Notes under the pieces: model-generated
What the model was told of the DNA's origin: nothing
The model's database searches: none
The model's input: only the letters and a program-made list of their open reading frames with translations
Shown: in pieces, positions 25,101 through 32,000 of the stretch
How positions within the stretch are numbered: position 1 is the stretch's first letter
Layout of the letters: each line of letters begins with the position of its first letter
Assembly: GCF_900232105.1 (NCBI RefSeq)
Contig: NZ_LT934425.1
Span: 1,050,001 to 1,082,000 of the forward strand
Reading direction: 5' to 3'
DNA length: 32,000 bases
DNA from: Candidatus Kuenenia stuttgartensis
GTDB lineage: Bacteria > Planctomycetota > Brocadiia > Brocadiales > Brocadiaceae
Position numbers and translations under genes: made by a program

Positions 25101-25454
25101 AATGGATGATGGCGATATTATATTTTTTAAGGAAGGTATATGATGCCTCTCCTGTTCGATAAGTTTGGTGATAATCCGTTCGTAAATAAAAGGTTCCTGC
25201 CGGATATGCCCGATATCATTTTTTGAATTCCTGCATATTTCTCTTGCCAGGAGATAGAAATTGAGAAAAAATACGTTAAGAAACGATACGTCATGTTTCT
25301 TTACCAAACGTTCCTGAAGCCTTTCAAGCATATAGTTTGTGGGAACAATAACGGCAATGGGGGATAAGGGATCTTCGCTTTTTATGGTATGCAAAGTTTC
25401 TACAAACGAGTTCTCAAGCGAGGGATGGTAGTGCCCAAATTTAATCGATAACAT
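22155..25454 (-). CDS. AddB-like / RecB-type PD-(D/E)XK nuclease family protein
   Basis: Large ORF with the C-terminal nuclease pattern PAIFFKGKIDRIDVKKSGQEIYFRLVDYKSGK...LQLPFYISMA, a Cys in ETFGACPFQFFM, and a C-terminal CQWCKFATLCRKG Fe-S-like cluster. The likely start is the internal MLSIKFGHYH (25454) rather than 25544. Confidence 0.8.
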   Translation of the reverse strand: MLSIKFGHYHPSLENSFVETLHTIKSEDPLSPIAVIVPTNYMLERLQERLVKKHDVSFLNVFFLNFYLLAREICRNSKNDIGHIRQEPFIYERIITKLIEQERHHIPSLKNIISPSSIARSMFHSLQDLTDANVNADDLRAVINEQLTGGADIQKLSDISRLFTLFQNTLNASGISHDSNLYRSAAKHAADSEYLRKFKYILAYGFYDLTGVEQDFFSEIFRYYPTILFLPYKKNHAVFTYVKHFYESFLLGIARDIEDLPPDDLQGFSYLMDADSETKTSLHGESMPDAPSLDNLSIINVSGKHDEIWVIAKEILKLINKGYVFGDIGIVARELGQYLNIIQEVFQENAIPFTTLDKEPIEKYPLFTMIKQLLLLDRENFYRPMVIDILESPYFNIPVPELKDVLSRQNLWDIISRTNGIHSGIRCWLSKLEQLKNAMAEPAEEDILPHNINISCDQIESLKNIVQLLSNDLLSLQEKATWSQMCQKTKLFLDKYIHIPSEDIDQEIIKRDIFIKERIFCLFDTLSILDRIDKEITYDQFADTFINACKQEGIQAGTANNKGVRVMNAMSARGIPFRILFLVGLNEKEFPRAIFEEPFLPDHTRRILSEALGNHIPEKLRGFEEERLLFYFLLNAAQERIYLLYERSDEAGKPKTPSHYIMDILQNIKGIHTRNEDKENKSPVKMNVPRSIKNKLCKEDISLLTPNEAVIRMVLEHIDPSCCINAIGGNLAAYTRSKSALQAIECFSPYLSAYDGIVSDGEHWYKNRVQKGFNPTMLETFGACPFQFFMREILQLEPLEEPEKGETISLPKLGTIYHEILDTLYCHLKEKGYFDGKAADTNPVEYLHKIANESFVKMGKQIPIPYPLLWELKKDEIVAALIHFLSWDIKQIEHTGYSPAFLEARLQLALPKGKFEDYPAIFFKGKIDRIDVKKSGQEIYFRLVDYKSGKAGTEHLLKAAVCGQKLQLPFYISMAEQFLVNTYRKEVSLPSEIIFDEASFVYIARCMNDENGERCLQKNTINNNEWAQHKEFFWATVHEILAIIRQGLFPTTGKEKNCQWCKFATLCRKGHQPSRFRLENDERLLNYRNNITNKITKIR

Positions 25455-26000
25455 ATGATACCTCAACCTTGTCTCTGCTTTTTTCTTTTGCCCTGTACAA
25501 TGCCTTGTCAGCAGATCGCAACAAAGCACTGCATTCAGTTTCATGCGACGGAAAAGAGGAAACCCCGATGCTTATCGTCAACGCAAGTTGTTTTTCAAAC
25601 ATATCTTCAAAAAACCTCCTGTTGTATACGTCGGTTAGCGCGTCTGTTATTGCGGCATGTTTGGTGAACTCCATAAGCCTGACCCTGTAAAGCGCAGATG
25701 ATGCCAATCCTGCATAAACCAATAGAAGTTTTCGCATATCCCTGTCATCCCAAAATCCCTTTTCTTTCTTTATCATCAGCACCATGCCTATCGCCATTTC
25801 CCCATAGTAAGGGGAACGTAAACGCATCCTCCTTCTTTATATTTGCTACTGAGGCAATCGCAGGCCGGTTCCGTGCTCATATCATTCACTATAAGTTCCT
25901 TTCCGGTGTGCAACACACCTGCAGCCTGAAGGATTCAGGAATATATCCGTTTTAATGAGTTCACCTTTCGGCATTGGCGAATATACGATTGGCATATCTA

Positions 26001-26226
26001 GTGTCTGAACGAAAACTATTTAACTTGTTGCTGTATTAAGAGTTGAAATTGTTGCATAAGCGCGAATCTTTTTATCCTAATTTGGAAAATATTAGTTTGA
26101 CTATGATAATCTTCGTGAAAATGGCGCATTTTTTGAGATTAATGAAAATATTCGTCAAATATTTGCAACAATTAGTAGTCTTAACTATCCAATAAATAGT
26201 TGTTTAGATAGTTTTCGTTCAGACAC
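26001..26226. mobile_element. MITE-like element 1 (terminal inverted repeats GTGTCTGAACGAAAACTAT)
   Basis: Left end gtgtctgaacgaaaactattta (about 26001) is inverted as agatagttttcgttcagacac (to about 26226). It is flanked on both sides by TATCTA. There is no coding capacity. Confidence 0.8.
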
Positions 26227-26233
26227 TATCTAG

Positions 26234-26382
26234 TATAACGTTTCATTAAAATATCTACATTGATACCGTCATTGCGAGCTACAGCGAAGCAATCTTAAGT
26301 CTTTTGGGAACAAGAGATTGCTTAGTCGCTCCACTCCTCGCAATGACATTTTTTTACGTACACATTTTAATGAAACGATGTA
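26234..26382. mobile_element. MITE-like element 2 (terminal inverted repeats CGTTTCATTAAAAT) carrying a gtcattgcgag palindrome
   Basis: cgtttcattaaaat (26239-26252) is inverted as attttaatgaaacg (26364-26377). Inner cgtcattgcgag...gaagcaatctt pairs with gattgcttagtcgc...cctcgcaatgac. Confidence 0.8.
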
Positions 26383-26767
26383 CTAGTATATTTCTTTCAG
26401 TATCAAGCGTCATTATTGCAAGGATATCGGGGTAAAAATCCTCCTTCAACGTCCTTCCCAAATTATTAAACAGCGATTCTTCATGCACTTCGTCATTCAT
26501 AAGGCTTGAAAAATACACGAGGTGTCTCATCTCTTTGATAGTACGGTTCCCTTGTTCTATAGTATCACGGAGTTCTTCATCCATGATTTTACGCGTGGAA
26601 TGTCTGATGCCACAAGCACAAACCCCTGATTTTCTCCGTTTTCTCGCTGAATACTCAATGAGGAAAAAAGGACAGGTATTTGCCGCCCTGTTTTTTACAA
26701 GTAAGTTGTTTCTGTGTGCCGGATAACGCCTTGCTCAATCAAACAGTTAAGCAGCGTCCCGGTGTTC

Positions 26768-27352
26768 CTACTTCAATATCATTTTCTCTGTAGTACAGGC
26801 GGCTTCTGCCGTTGCTATCATAATAAGAGGCGGAAATGAGCATCTCAATACCATAACACGGTCAATGAGGTCAACATCCAGAACGAATTCCGTCCAGATG
26901 GATGCCGTATCGTAAACAGCGTCATTGAGGCGAAACCCGTCCACCATGATAAGATATCGCGAATTGTAATCGCCCAGACGCGAAAAACCCCTTGAGCCAA
27001 GATAAGAATAATTGCGGTCATAATTCACATAAAAACCCCTTATACTTCTCAAGATATTCGTAAGTGTGCGGTATCCGTATTTCTTTATATCATCGGCAGT
27101 GACAATGCTGGCGGATAAAGATAACGGGGCTTCAGTAACCTTCTGTTTGTATTTGGATGCGGCATAAACGGTAGCAACATCTATGTCTATAAGGTCTTCG
27201 ATGGTCATGCTTAGTAAATCGAGTAATGGGGTATCGGCTGGATTTTGGGTGTCTGTATACGGGTGAAACAGAGAAGGATCATTTTCTGCTTCTGCGCTGT
27301 GTGTGTAATATGATATTAACAGAAAGATAACAACTAATATGAAGGCTCTCAT
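26768..27352 (-). pseudogene. Truncated TonB-dependent receptor (plug-domain portion)
   Basis: Signal-like N-terminus and plug sequence VTEAPLSLSASIVTADDIKKYGYRTLTNILRSIRGFYVNYDRNYSYLGSRGFSRLGDYNSRYLIMVDGFRLND. It then runs out of the family pattern right after DRVMVLR. Confidence 0.85.
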
Positions 27353-27421
27353 TGTGTTATTTTCTTAATTGACAACACCTTCGCTTTTTGAAAAATGCGG
27401 ACAACGATGGCGTTATTTGTG

Positions 27422-27451
27422 TAGGATGGGGCAAGCGAAGCAGCCCCATCG
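27422..27451. repeat. GC hairpin (gatggggcaagcgaagcagccccatc)
   Basis: gatggggc is inverted as gccccatc, directly followed by a copy of the tttcaaaaaactaaagtgttatgaa motif. Confidence 0.7.
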
Positions 27452-27591
27452 ATAAAAAAATTTCAAAAAACTAAAGTGTTATGAATCTTTCAATCTGCGA
27501 AATCGCTCGACTGAGATCACGACGAAGTCTGTGTAATCTGTGGTTCCTCTTTCGTATTTCGCGCTTATTTGGTTCTGGCTTGTACAGGTTG

Positions 27592-27629
27592 GGTTTAAAA
27601 CTAAAAATCAGGTTTAAAACTAAAAATCA
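27592..27629. repeat. 19-bp tandem direct repeat, two copies
   Basis: ggtttaaaactaaaaatca twice in tandem. Confidence 0.85.
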
Positions 27630-27710
27630 GCGGTAAACTATTACCATATGAAAAAGGCAGGGTAAAAACAATCAGCATCTTTGTTTTTACGACAGAACGG
27701 TTATAGTTTT

Positions 27711-29078
27711 TCAAGAAATAGTACACGTTTCACGTTGAGCGGCAGACGCTCTTCTTCCACGTATCATTTCCAGGAAACCTTCAATCCTTGTAGAAAACTG
27801 TCCAGGCATGTAGTTTTTATCGTCTACGCAATCACCATCGAGACTGAGAAAGGGGTAGCCTATTTTGTTGAGTTCTTTCTTAATAGTGGGTACGGCTGCA
27901 TTATTTCTTCTGCATCCCCATGAAGAAAATACAACAACGCCGTCAACATCGTACTCACGGGCTAGCATTTTTGCTACTTCTATGCGCCGTTCCAACGGAC
28001 CGTTATACGTATTCATGATATGTTTTCTGGCAAGGCTTTCGTATGGTTTTTGCACATCAAGCTTATCCCAGTAAACATAGTTTGTTTCTTCAAAGACAAT
28101 TTTAACATTCTCTTTTTCTTCAAGATTTTGCAGGAAATCCACATTGAAATAGGGTTTTAATTCCAGCCAGAGAATTTTGATTTGATTTGTGGGCGGGATT
28201 TTTGGGGATTTTGTCTTATTTTCTGCAATCTTTTCGCGCAATTCATTCGCCAAACTGGAATAAAATTCCAGGGCTAATCCGGAACCGATAAGCAGATAGG
28301 TGGGAAACATAAACCCTAAGGCACTGCTGCCTTTCAGAGGGCAAAGAGGATCTTTTCTTAATTCGTTGATTTCAAGAATCTTTTCCCGTGTTTTGTTTGA
28401 GTATTCAAAGGCTCGTTCTAATGCTTCATGCCTCATCTTTCTCCCTGTTGTTTTTTCCAGATATTTGACGAGATCTTCCAGTTGTTTGGCAAGGTATTGA
28501 ACGGAATATTCATCTTCTTCGTAAGGGATGTCTATCACGATCGTGTCCTTTCCCGTCAGACATTCACACAGTTTTGCTGTTTTGGTATTGTTGTCACAGA
28601 GTGTTGACGTGGCGACCTGTAGAATATTCCTCGGAAAAATGTTTCTATATGCATGGCCGATTGCAGCGCGGTGAAAGGTGCAGATATCAGTGGAAACTCC
28701 TCGTGATTCAGCTTCTATAAGGCCGCGGGAACTTTGGCCTATTCCGGCAAAAAGGGCAGCTCCGATCTCAAGGCAAAAGGGATAAAGCCCCATGGCAAAC
28801 AATATTTCCGAGGGGACAAACATGGTTGTCCATATAGTCCGGTCAGGATGCGCATACACGTTAAAAAGATGTTTTACCCCGACGTGTATCTGCACTTGCA
28901 GCGAGCGGAACCCACCGATTTTCTTGTTGCGGAAGAAAAAGAGGTATATCTTATAAAGCCGCAATCCTTCTCTGATAAGCAACTGTGAGTGTCGCTGCAT
29001 GAGCGAGGTTGCCCATTCCTTTAGTTTTAAAATTAATGACATAAAGAAAATTCTAACGTATTTCTTATTTTGGGGCAA
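27711..29078 (-). CDS. 2-hydroxyacyl-CoA dehydratase / HgdB-like (BcrB/BcrC or double-cubane-type) protein
   Basis: 455-aa ORF with WTTMFVPSEILFAMGLYPFCLE, STDICTFHRAAIGHA, and VDGVVVFSSWGCRRNNAAVPTIKKELNKIGYPFLSLDGDCVDDKNYMPGQFSTRIEGFLEMI. The true start may be the internal MSLILKLKEW. Confidence 0.85.
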   Translation of the reverse strand: MPQNKKYVRIFFMSLILKLKEWATSLMQRHSQLLIREGLRLYKIYLFFFRNKKIGGFRSLQVQIHVGVKHLFNVYAHPDRTIWTTMFVPSEILFAMGLYPFCLEIGAALFAGIGQSSRGLIEAESRGVSTDICTFHRAAIGHAYRNIFPRNILQVATSTLCDNNTKTAKLCECLTGKDTIVIDIPYEEDEYSVQYLAKQLEDLVKYLEKTTGRKMRHEALERAFEYSNKTREKILEINELRKDPLCPLKGSSALGFMFPTYLLIGSGLALEFYSSLANELREKIAENKTKSPKIPPTNQIKILWLELKPYFNVDFLQNLEEKENVKIVFEETNYVYWDKLDVQKPYESLARKHIMNTYNGPLERRIEVAKMLAREYDVDGVVVFSSWGCRRNNAAVPTIKKELNKIGYPFLSLDGDCVDDKNYMPGQFSTRIEGFLEMIRGRRASAAQRETCTIS

Positions 29079-30984
29079 CCATTAATTGTTCAAGGAAGGC
29101 TTCAACGCGTGTTTTGATTTGTCCTTCGCTGCTTAACGAGTAGTCACAATTCAAATGGAGAAGCGGGATATTTTTTTCATAGAAAGTCTTTTTTATCATG
29201 GGATAATCCAGAAGATTATGGTCGCAGAATTTTAATGTATGATAAATTGCAGCATGGATTGATTTTTCCTGCATAATCGTTAATGCCTTATTAATCCTGT
29301 CAAAGATATTTTCCATCCGGGAGCAGGGGCTTCTTTTGATATACCGTTTTGCAATGGACAAAATAGGCTCTTCGTTTATGCTCACCACGGCGTCAAAATA
29401 CCGGCTGCCGTTACATAGGTCTTCTGCCACAACCTTTGCACCTGCATCCTCTATAATCTTCATTATCTTTTCATTCTCCATGATACTACCCCAGATGAAT
29501 AACCGCGGTACTTCGCGTGTGTCGCGTACACCTTCACCCTGCTTAATAATATGCGTTAAATAGGTGTTAAACTTCTCTGGAACTGCATTTACTCCTTTTT
29601 TCAGCAAGGAAAACATCTCGTATCCCGAATGGGCAATATATCCGTTCCAGTATTTCTGCAAACATTGTCCTACTTTTTCCCGTACCGAGTTATAGACGAC
29701 AATGCTCCGGTTGATGTCGTCAGGCAGGATTTTCATGGTGAAGTACGACTCGAGTTTCTCTTTAAATTTCTTGAGCAGGTTGGCGTAATAGTAAACCGCA
29801 GCGTCATCAATATTTTTAGGAATATCCAACATATAGTTAAATCGCCCTTTCCCTTCGTCCATTTTTACCCAGGCATCGTAAAGGCGCCTCATCCCGTCAC
29901 AGGAATTGACAAATACCATTCCCTGAAAATCCTCCAGACTACCTTCAATCTTTCTATCGGTAACAGCCTTTATATAAGGGCAGATGTTTCCGCAGAGCAC
30001 CTCGTCAGCGGCGCATGAATCATGTTCTGTCCCTTTAATCCTGACAGGATGAAACCCTGCGGCATGAATAATTTCTACCGGGGTATAAGAACAAAAATAT
30101 CCGATCTTGGGCAAATTGCTTTCTTCAATGGAAAAATCCGCGATAGAAGTTTCAAGTAAACTTTTGCTGTTGTCAGATCCTGACAGCGACACAGAGACGT
30201 TGCTTTGCGCCTGCGCTTTTTCCAGCGCTATTAACGCCGCCCCAAGCGCACCGTTAATTTGCGGCTCTCCTGAGATTTCAATTTTGCAGCCCAGGTTTTT
30301 TTCCAGCTCCGTTACTACGCCAATATTTTTAGCAACGCCGCCTGTCATGGCAACCTTTTGTTCCAACCCTACCCGTTTTACTTGTGCGGTAATACGTTTT
30401 GCGATTGAAATATGCAGTCCACGGCAAATATCCGCCGTTTTGTGGTCGGCGCCAATAAGCGATACAACCTCCGATTCTGCAAAAACGGTACAAAGGCTAC
30501 TCACGGAAACGTTATCTTTTCCGTGCAGGGAAATCTCTCCCATCTCCTCCAGCTCAATTTCCAGTGTTCTTGCCATAACTTCCAGAAAGCGGCCGGTACC
30601 GGCGGCGCACTTGTCGTTCATAACAAAATCAAGTACATTGCCATTTCCATCGATTTTGATAACCTTACTGTCCTGTCCGCCAATATCAATAATTGTCCTG
30701 GCGTCAGGAAAGTAATAATTTGCACCTTTTGCATGGCAAGTGATTTCCGTTATTACTTCATTGGCAAAAGGAACTTTTACGCGCCCATAGCCTGTGGCTA
30801 CGATATAGTTAATATCTTTTTCTGTAAGATTATGCTCTGTAAATATTTGTTGAAGGGTTTTTTCCGCAGCTTTTTTACTGCTTGCACCGGTTGCGATGAT
30901 TGTTGCAGAAAGGATCTCCTTCTTATCATTTAAAAGAATTCCATTGGTTGACATAGAACCAATGTCTATTCCGATAGTATACAT
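29065..30984 (-). CDS. Acyl-CoA dehydratase activase (ASKHA) fused to an HgdB-like domain
   Basis: The N-terminus TIGIDIGSMSTNGILLNDKKEIL, TIIDIGGQDSKVIKI, NDKCAAGTGRFLEVMA, MTGGVAKNIGVV is an activase. The C-terminal half KIGYFCSYTPVEIIHAAGFHPVRIKG...CSADE/NICPYIKA-like...VFVNSCDGMRRLYD is HgdB-like. Confidence 0.93.
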   Translation of the reverse strand: MYTIGIDIGSMSTNGILLNDKKEILSATIIATGASSKKAAEKTLQQIFTEHNLTEKDINYIVATGYGRVKVPFANEVITEITCHAKGANYYFPDARTIIDIGGQDSKVIKIDGNGNVLDFVMNDKCAAGTGRFLEVMARTLEIELEEMGEISLHGKDNVSVSSLCTVFAESEVVSLIGADHKTADICRGLHISIAKRITAQVKRVGLEQKVAMTGGVAKNIGVVTELEKNLGCKIEISGEPQINGALGAALIALEKAQAQSNVSVSLSGSDNSKSLLETSIADFSIEESNLPKIGYFCSYTPVEIIHAAGFHPVRIKGTEHDSCAADEVLCGNICPYIKAVTDRKIEGSLEDFQGMVFVNSCDGMRRLYDAWVKMDEGKGRFNYMLDIPKNIDDAAVYYYANLLKKFKEKLESYFTMKILPDDINRSIVVYNSVREKVGQCLQKYWNGYIAHSGYEMFSLLKKGVNAVPEKFNTYLTHIIKQGEGVRDTREVPRLFIWGSIMENEKIMKIIEDAGAKVVAEDLCNGSRYFDAVVSINEEPILSIAKRYIKRSPCSRMENIFDRINKALTIMQEKSIHAAIYHTLKFCDHNLLDYPMIKKTFYEKNIPLLHLNCDYSLSSEGQIKTRVEAFLEQLMVAPK

Positions 30985-31009
30985 AACTATAAAATCTCCT
31001 ATTTTAAGA

Positions 31010-31399
31010 TTATTCCGTTTCTGGTTTCGGCGGTATGGTGCTGACCCAAATATTTACAACAAAGAAGCCTATGGCAATGACTTCGATACCGGCAAAAATT
31101 TCTACCAGGGGATGAAGCGGGCGAAAGCAGACTAAACCTACAAGCCCGATATTTGCAAGATAGAATTGAAGTGTGCCTATTTTAGGATAGGCGAGAGGCC
31201 TGCCGGTAAATCTGGGCAGTATATGATATCCAACACCAAAGATCATCATGGACATCCATCCCAAAAGGTTTAAATGTACATGAGAAAACAATAATTGAGC
31301 GGGATAGCTTTTCATGGATATCATAACGGTACCAAGTATTGCCGCTATAAAAAAATAAACCAGGCTTGCCCGAAGAAAATTTTTCGAAAGAGGACTCAT
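31010..31399 (-). CDS. Small haem-copper oxidase subunit I-like (cbb3/NorB-type) membrane protein
   Basis: 129-aa ORF with hydrophobic segments and LLFSHVHLNLLGWMSMMIFGVGYHILPRFTGRPL, a motif typical of cytochrome oxidase/nitric oxide reductase-type small subunits. Confidence 0.75.
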   Translation of the reverse strand: MSPLSKNFLRASLVYFFIAAILGTVMISMKSYPAQLLFSHVHLNLLGWMSMMIFGVGYHILPRFTGRPLAYPKIGTLQFYLANIGLVGLVCFRPLHPLVEIFAGIEVIAIGFFVVNIWVSTIPPKPETE

Positions 31400-31624
31400 T
31401 TATCAAAAGCTCCTTTTTAAGAAAGTTGTTGATTTAAAAGAACTTAAATCAAATTTATAAAGAACCTAACAAAAAGGGTAAGAATATATAAAAAATATGG
31501 ATTGTCAAACAAAAAATTATTGTTACATAGTAATACTTAAGATTACAAGCGTGACCCAAAAGTATGTTCAAAAGGTCAATTGCCCTGTCGAATCGTGTTA
31601 TAAAATATCGTGTATGGTGCGTGA

Positions 31625-32000
31625 TCAATTCGGGGGGATTTCTTCTTTTTTCTGAGTAACTTCTTTTTCCGGAGTCGCTTCTTTTTTCTTTTGCGTTTTT
31701 AGTTCCTCAATTTTTTCCGCATAGGAGCGTACTTTATTCGCTACGCTTTCAGGAATAATTGTAACCAATCTTTGCATACCTTTTCCTATGGGGGCTGCTA
31801 TTTTTGAGGTATTCACCCTATCGCGTGTTGATTCACTGCAGAATAATAAAACGCCAAAGATAATTACTCCGCAAAAGAGAACCCCTTTAAAAATCCCCAA
31901 AAAACCACCGAAAAACCTCGACCCAACAGATATGCCGCTTTTATTGATAACGATTTTTAACAGATTTGTAATAAAACACGTTACGGCTAAGATTACTCCG
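31625..32000 (-). CDS. CvpA (colicin V production)-family membrane protein, 5' end outside the window
   Basis: The reverse-complement frame reads GVILAVTCFITNLLKIVINKSGISVGSRFFGGFLGIFKGVLFCGVIIFGVLLF without a stop to the window end. The supplied ORF starts at an internal Met. Confidence 0.75.
   Translation of the reverse strand, partial: GVILAVTCFITNLLKIVINKSGISVGSRFFGGFLGIFKGVLFCGVIIFGVLLFCSESTRDRVNTSKIAAPIGKGMQRLVTIIPESVANKVRSYAEKIEELKTQKKKEATPEKEVTQKKEEIPPN

Larger units (their letters stand above)
25441..26584 (-). pseudogene. Disrupted GAF-GGDEF (diguanylate cyclase-like) gene
   Basis: The N-terminal GAF piece (26354-26584 ORF, MDEELRDTIEQGNRTIKEMRHLVYFSSLMNDE...) and the C-terminal piece (25441-25827 ORF, ITDALTDVYNRRFFEDMFEKQ|LALTISIGVSSFP...LLRSADKALYRAKEKSRDKV) are separated by inserted repeats. 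Residual GAF sequence GVLHTGKELIVNDMSTEPACDCLSS is readable in another frame around 25.82-25.92 kb. Confidence 0.85.

Noticed and set aside
25441-26584. Split GAF/GGDEF ORFs as two independent functional proteins
   Set aside because: The pieces join in frame across the inserted elements, the GGDEF core is absent, and residual GAF sequence is spread over different frames. A decayed single gene explains it better.

Overview
The window looks like part of an anammox planctomycete genome, most likely Candidatus Kuenenia. The 16S gene on the minus strand contains sequences that match, from memory, FISH probe targets Pla46, AMX368, AMX820 and Kst-157. It carries a complete minus-strand rRNA operon (16S, tRNA-Ile(GAT), tRNA-Ala(TGC), 23S, 5S). 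Housekeeping and metabolic genes flank it: a metallo-beta-lactamase-fold hydrolase, a CNNM/CBS membrane protein, threonine synthase, a glutamate-mutase-MutL-like ATPase plus a conserved partner, mtnA, an MTA/SAH-nucleosidase-like gene, gatB/gatA/gatC, rpmB, a Fur-family regulator, an AddB-like nuclease, a 2-hydroxyacyl-CoA-dehydratase/double-cubane-type pair, a small haem-copper-oxidase subunit I-like protein, and the 3' part of a CvpA-like gene. The most unusual part is 25.4-27.4 kb. There a GAF-GGDEF gene is broken by two nested MITE-like elements with readable target duplications, and both it and the neighbouring TonB-receptor gene have internal deletions. Several other palindromic non-coding repeat families lie between genes. 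I found no CRISPR array, prophage or intact transposase, and no convincing new defence-like system. The main functional leads are the MutL-like two-gene module and the activase-fused HgdB-like pair.
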